A program made the position numbers and the translations under genes. The notes under the pieces were generated by a model that ran no database searches, had not been told where the DNA came from, and was given only the letters and a program-made list of their open reading frames with translations. 64,000 bases of DNA, taken from NCBI RefSeq assembly GCF_036365525.1, contig NC_090418.1, positions 11,479,226 through 11,543,225 on the forward strand, given 5' to 3'. Positions 60,460 to 64,000 of this stretch are shown here, in pieces. The DNA comes from Heterodontus francisci (taxonomy: Eukaryota). How positions within the stretch are numbered: the first letter of the stretch is position 1; each line of letters starts with the position of its first letter.

Positions 60460-62830
60460 CCCATGTCCCTCTGTTCTTGCACTGGGCATCCAGGAGGCGC
60501 TGTGGGCCACCACCACAGCAGAATCGTATTCCACCACAATCTGTAACCTCATGGCCCGGCATATCCCCCACTCTACCATTACCATCAAGGCAGGGGGCCA
60601 ACCCTGGTTCGATGAAGAATGTAGGAGGGCATGCCAGGAGCAGCACCAGACATACCCGAAAATGAGGTGTCAGCCTGGTGAAGCTACAGCCCAGGATTAC
60701 ATGCGTGCTAAACAGTGTGATAAACAGAGCTGAGCGACCCCATAACCAACAGATCAAGTCTACGCTCTGCAGTCCTGCCACATTCAGTTGTGAATGGTGG
60801 TGGACAATTAAACAACTGAACAGGAGGAGGTGGCTCCACAAATATCCCCATCCTCAATGATGGGGGAGCCCAGCACATCAGTACGAAAGGAAAGGCTGAA
60901 ATATTTTCAATCATCGTCAGCCAGAAGTGCCGAGTGGATGATCCATCTCGGCCTCCTCCTGAAGTCCCCAGCATCACAGATGCCAGACTTCAGCCAGTTC
61001 GATTCACTCTGTGTGATATCCAGAAACGACTGAAGGCACTGGATACTGCAAAGGCTATGGGTCCTGACAATATTCCAGCAATAGTACTGAAGACCTGTGC
61101 TCCAGAACTTGCCGTACCCCTAGCCAAGCTGTTCCAGTACAGCTACAACACTGGCATCTACCCGGCAATGTGGAAAATTGCCCAGGTATGTCCTGTACAC
61201 AAAAAGCAGGACAGGTCCAACCCGGCCAATTACCGCTCCATCAGTCTACTCTCGATCATCAGTAAAGTGATGGAAGGTGTCATCGACAGTGCTATCAAGT
61301 GGCACTTGCTTAGCAATAACTTGCTCAGTGACGCTCAGTTTGGGTTCCGCCAGGGCCGCTCAGCTCCTGACCTCATTACAGCCATGGTTCAAACATGGAC
61401 AAAAGAGCTGAACTCCAGAGGTGAGGGGAGAGTGACTGCCCTTGACATCAAGGCAGCATTTGACCGAGTATGGCATCAAGGAGCCCTAGCAAAACTGGAG
61501 TCAATGGGAATCAGGGGAAAAACCCTCCACTGGCTGGAGTCATACCTAGCACAAAGAAAGATGGTTGTAGTTGTTGGAGGTCAATCATTTCAGCTCCAGG
61601 ACATCACTGCAGGAGTTCCTCGGAGCAGTATCCTAGGCCCAACCATCTTCAGCTGCTTCATCAATGACCTTCCCTCCGTCATAAGCCTCACAGCTCCAGC
61701 GACCCGGGTTCAGTTCTGGATACTGCCTGTGCGGAGTTTGCAAGTTCTCCCTGTGACTGTGTGGGTTTTCTCCGGGTGCTCCGGTTTCCTCCCACAGCCA
61801 AAGACTTGCAGGTTGACAGGTAAATTGTCCATTGTAAATTGCCCTTAGTGTAGGTAGGTGGTAGGAGAATTGGGAAGGTGGGGATGTGGTAGTGAATATG
61901 GGATTAATGTAGGATTAGTATAAAATGGGTGGTTGATGCTCGGCACAGACTCGGTGGGCCGAAGGGCCTGTTTCAGTGCTGTATCTCTCAATGACTCTAT
62001 AAGGTCAGAAGTGGGAATATTCGCTGATGATTGTACAATGTTCAGTACCATTCACGCCTCCTCAGATACTGAAGCAGTCCCTGTACACATGCAGCAAGAC
62101 CTGGACAACATTCAGACTTGGGCTGATAAGTGGCAAGTAACATTTGCACCACACAAGTGCCAGGCAATGACCATCTCCAACAAGAGAGAATCTAACCATC
62201 TCCCCTTGACATTCAATGGCATTACCATCGCTGAATTCCTCCACTATCAACATCCTAGGGGTTACCATTGACCAGAAACTGAACTGGAGTAGCCATATAA
62301 ATACCGTGGCTACAAGAGCAGTTCAGAGGCTAGGAATCCTGCGTCGACTAACTCACCTCCTGACTCCCCAAAGTCTGCCTATCATCTACAAGGCACAAGT
62401 CAGGAGTGTGATGGAATACTCTCCACTTGCCCGGATGGGTGCAGCTCCAACAACACTCAAGAAGCACGACAGCATCCAGGACAAAGCAGCCCACTTGATT
62501 GGCACCCCATCTACAAACATTCACTCCCTCCACCACCGACACACAGTGGCAGCAGTGTGTACCATCTACAAGATGCACTGCAGCAACGCGCCAAGGCTCC
62601 TTCGACAGCTCCTTCCAAACCTGTGACCTCTACCAACTAGAAGGACAAGGGCAGCAGATGCATGGGAACATCACCACCTGCAAGTTCCCCTCAAAACCAC
62701 ACACCATCCTGACTTGGAACTATATCGCCATTCCTTCACTGTCGCTGGGTCAAAATCCTGGAACTCTCTAACAGCTGTGGGTGTATCTACACCACACGGA
62801 CTGCAGCGGTTCAAAAAGGCAGCTCACTGG
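60460..62830 (+). mobile_element. CR1-group LINE (second family), ~2 kb RT-containing copy interrupted by a V-SINE
   Basis: KAMGPDNIP, ANYRSISLLS, QFGFRQ, LDIKAAFDRVWH, IFADD and MEYSPLA motifs. Confidence 0.9.
61686..61998 (+). mobile_element. V-SINE/HE1-like SINE
   Basis: B-box remnant, V core and CR1-like tail ending atgactct; TSD ATAAG at 61681-61685 and 61999-62003. Confidence 0.88.
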
Positions 62831-63169
62831 CAGGCTAGCATTTATTGCCCAACCCTAACTGGCTTGCTAGACCATTTTGGAGGGCATTATAAGAGTCAAC
62901 CATGTTGCTGTGGGTCTAGAGTCACATATTGGCCAGACCAGGCAAGGTCAGCAGATTTCCTTCCCCGAAGAGCATTTGTGAACCCAGATGTGTTTCTACA
63001 ACAGTTGATGACACCATTACTGAGACTAGCTTTTAATTAATTGAATTTAAATTTCACCAGCTGCCTTGGTGGGATTTGAACCCATGTCCCCAGGGGATTA
63101 GTCTGCACAGCTAGATTACTAACTCAGTGACATTACCACTAGACCACCATCTCCCCCTTATATGTATAT

Positions 63170-63375
63170 AACAGATCCCATGGTATTATTTTGAAACAGA
63201 TCAGCACCTGAATTTAACACTTCATCTGAAAAACGGCACCTCCAATGGTGCAGCACTCCCTCAGTACTGCACTGGGACGGGACGTGGGGTTGGGGGGCGG
63301 TGGATTTTGTGCTCAAATCTCTGGAGAGGGTCTCAAACCCACAGCCTTCTGATTCAGAGGCAAGTGGGCTCAGTG
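63170..63375 (-). mobile_element. DeuSINE-like fragment
   Basis: cagcactccctcagtactgcactggga...aaacccacagccttctgattcagaggcaag is the reverse complement of the 10087 family. Confidence 0.6.
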
Positions 63376-64000
63376 ACCAGACGGAACACTCCCAACACCA
63401 AGACACAAATGGCGGCAATCGCACTGGAGTGCGATCTGGGCAGACTGCATCTTGACCAGCCCTGGGGCACCGAGACACCCGGGGAGATATTCGACTGTGC
63501 GAGGCGGCGCAAGGAAGGGCCACAGGAACCACTTCTAGTGATAGGGAAAGTCCCAAGAGATTTGGGGCAATTTGGCCAGGGGTAGGAGATACCCAAGAGG
63601 TGATCTCATCAAGGGGCGTAAGGGTAAGCCTGAAACACAGCTTGAAATGAATAAGTGAGAGTACAGCATAGTCATGGGTCGAAACTAGTTTCATTGAAGC
63701 TGATAGCAGGATATTTTAACCCAGGGTCAAGCAGCAGAGAGAGAGAGAGAGAGTGAGAGAGAAAAAAAAACACCTGGAATGACTGACCAAGCCCCCGGAG
63801 GAGGCCACTCAGCCCCTCGACCCTGTTCCGCCAGGCTGACCGGCGACCGAACACCCATCCACCCGCCTTGGCTCTGCACCCCTTAACGCCCTTGCCCGAA
63901 ATGAAACTGCAGGGATGGAAGGGTTGTGAAAGGTGCTATATAAATATATTTAATTGCTTACTGGGATTGGACGGGAGAAGATGGGCTGAATGGCCCATCA

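Noticed and set aside
60365-60460. tRNA-like A/B boxes (also 10087-10145)
   Set aside because: SINE heads with no complete cloverleaf; not tRNA genes.
63307-63600. CpG-richer unique stretch with aaATGGCGGC (YY1-like motif or MAA start) and several short ORFs
   Set aside because: No recognisable domain and no convincing splice donor; cannot be supported as a gene or promoter from sequence alone.
1-64000. CRISPR arrays, rRNA genes or prokaryotic systems
   Set aside because: Spliceosomal introns and vertebrate retroelements throughout; no repeat-spacer or rRNA signature seen.

Overview
This window is repeat-rich vertebrate genomic DNA, very probably from a cartilaginous fish (shark); that is inferred from HE1/V-SINE-like and SacSINE/DeuSINE-like SINEs plus dense CR1, L2 and Penelope fragments. 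Positions 1 to ~50.3 kb form a tandem array of four near-identical units starting at about 1, 10606, 26224 and 36832. Each unit carries a minus-strand, 9-exon zona pellucida glycoprotein 3 (zp3/ZPC) gene. I spliced these by hand, and all GT-AG junctions and phases close. Copies 1-3 encode 458 aa; copy 4 encodes 453 aa because of a nonsense change in the cytoplasmic tail. Each protein has a signal peptide, ZP-N/ZP-C module, CxCC..C subdomain, RGRR furin site, EHP and a transmembrane anchor. Short and long units alternate, giving a ~26.2 kb higher-order period. Discordant indel markers, local divergent tracts and a more diverged edge unit point to concerted evolution by unequal crossover or gene conversion. 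Unit-specific insertions include a young CR1 with an open ~590-codon RT frame, an RTE 3' end with a 61-bp target duplication, a second CR1, and a hAT MITE at the homogenisation border. An inverted Penelope pLTR with a degenerate minimal hammerhead ribozyme abuts every zp3 promoter. Positions 50.8-64 kb are mostly nested LINE/SINE debris, with a 278-N gap and one candidate orphan exon. Repeat family names and most repeat boundaries come from recognition by eye, not database searches.
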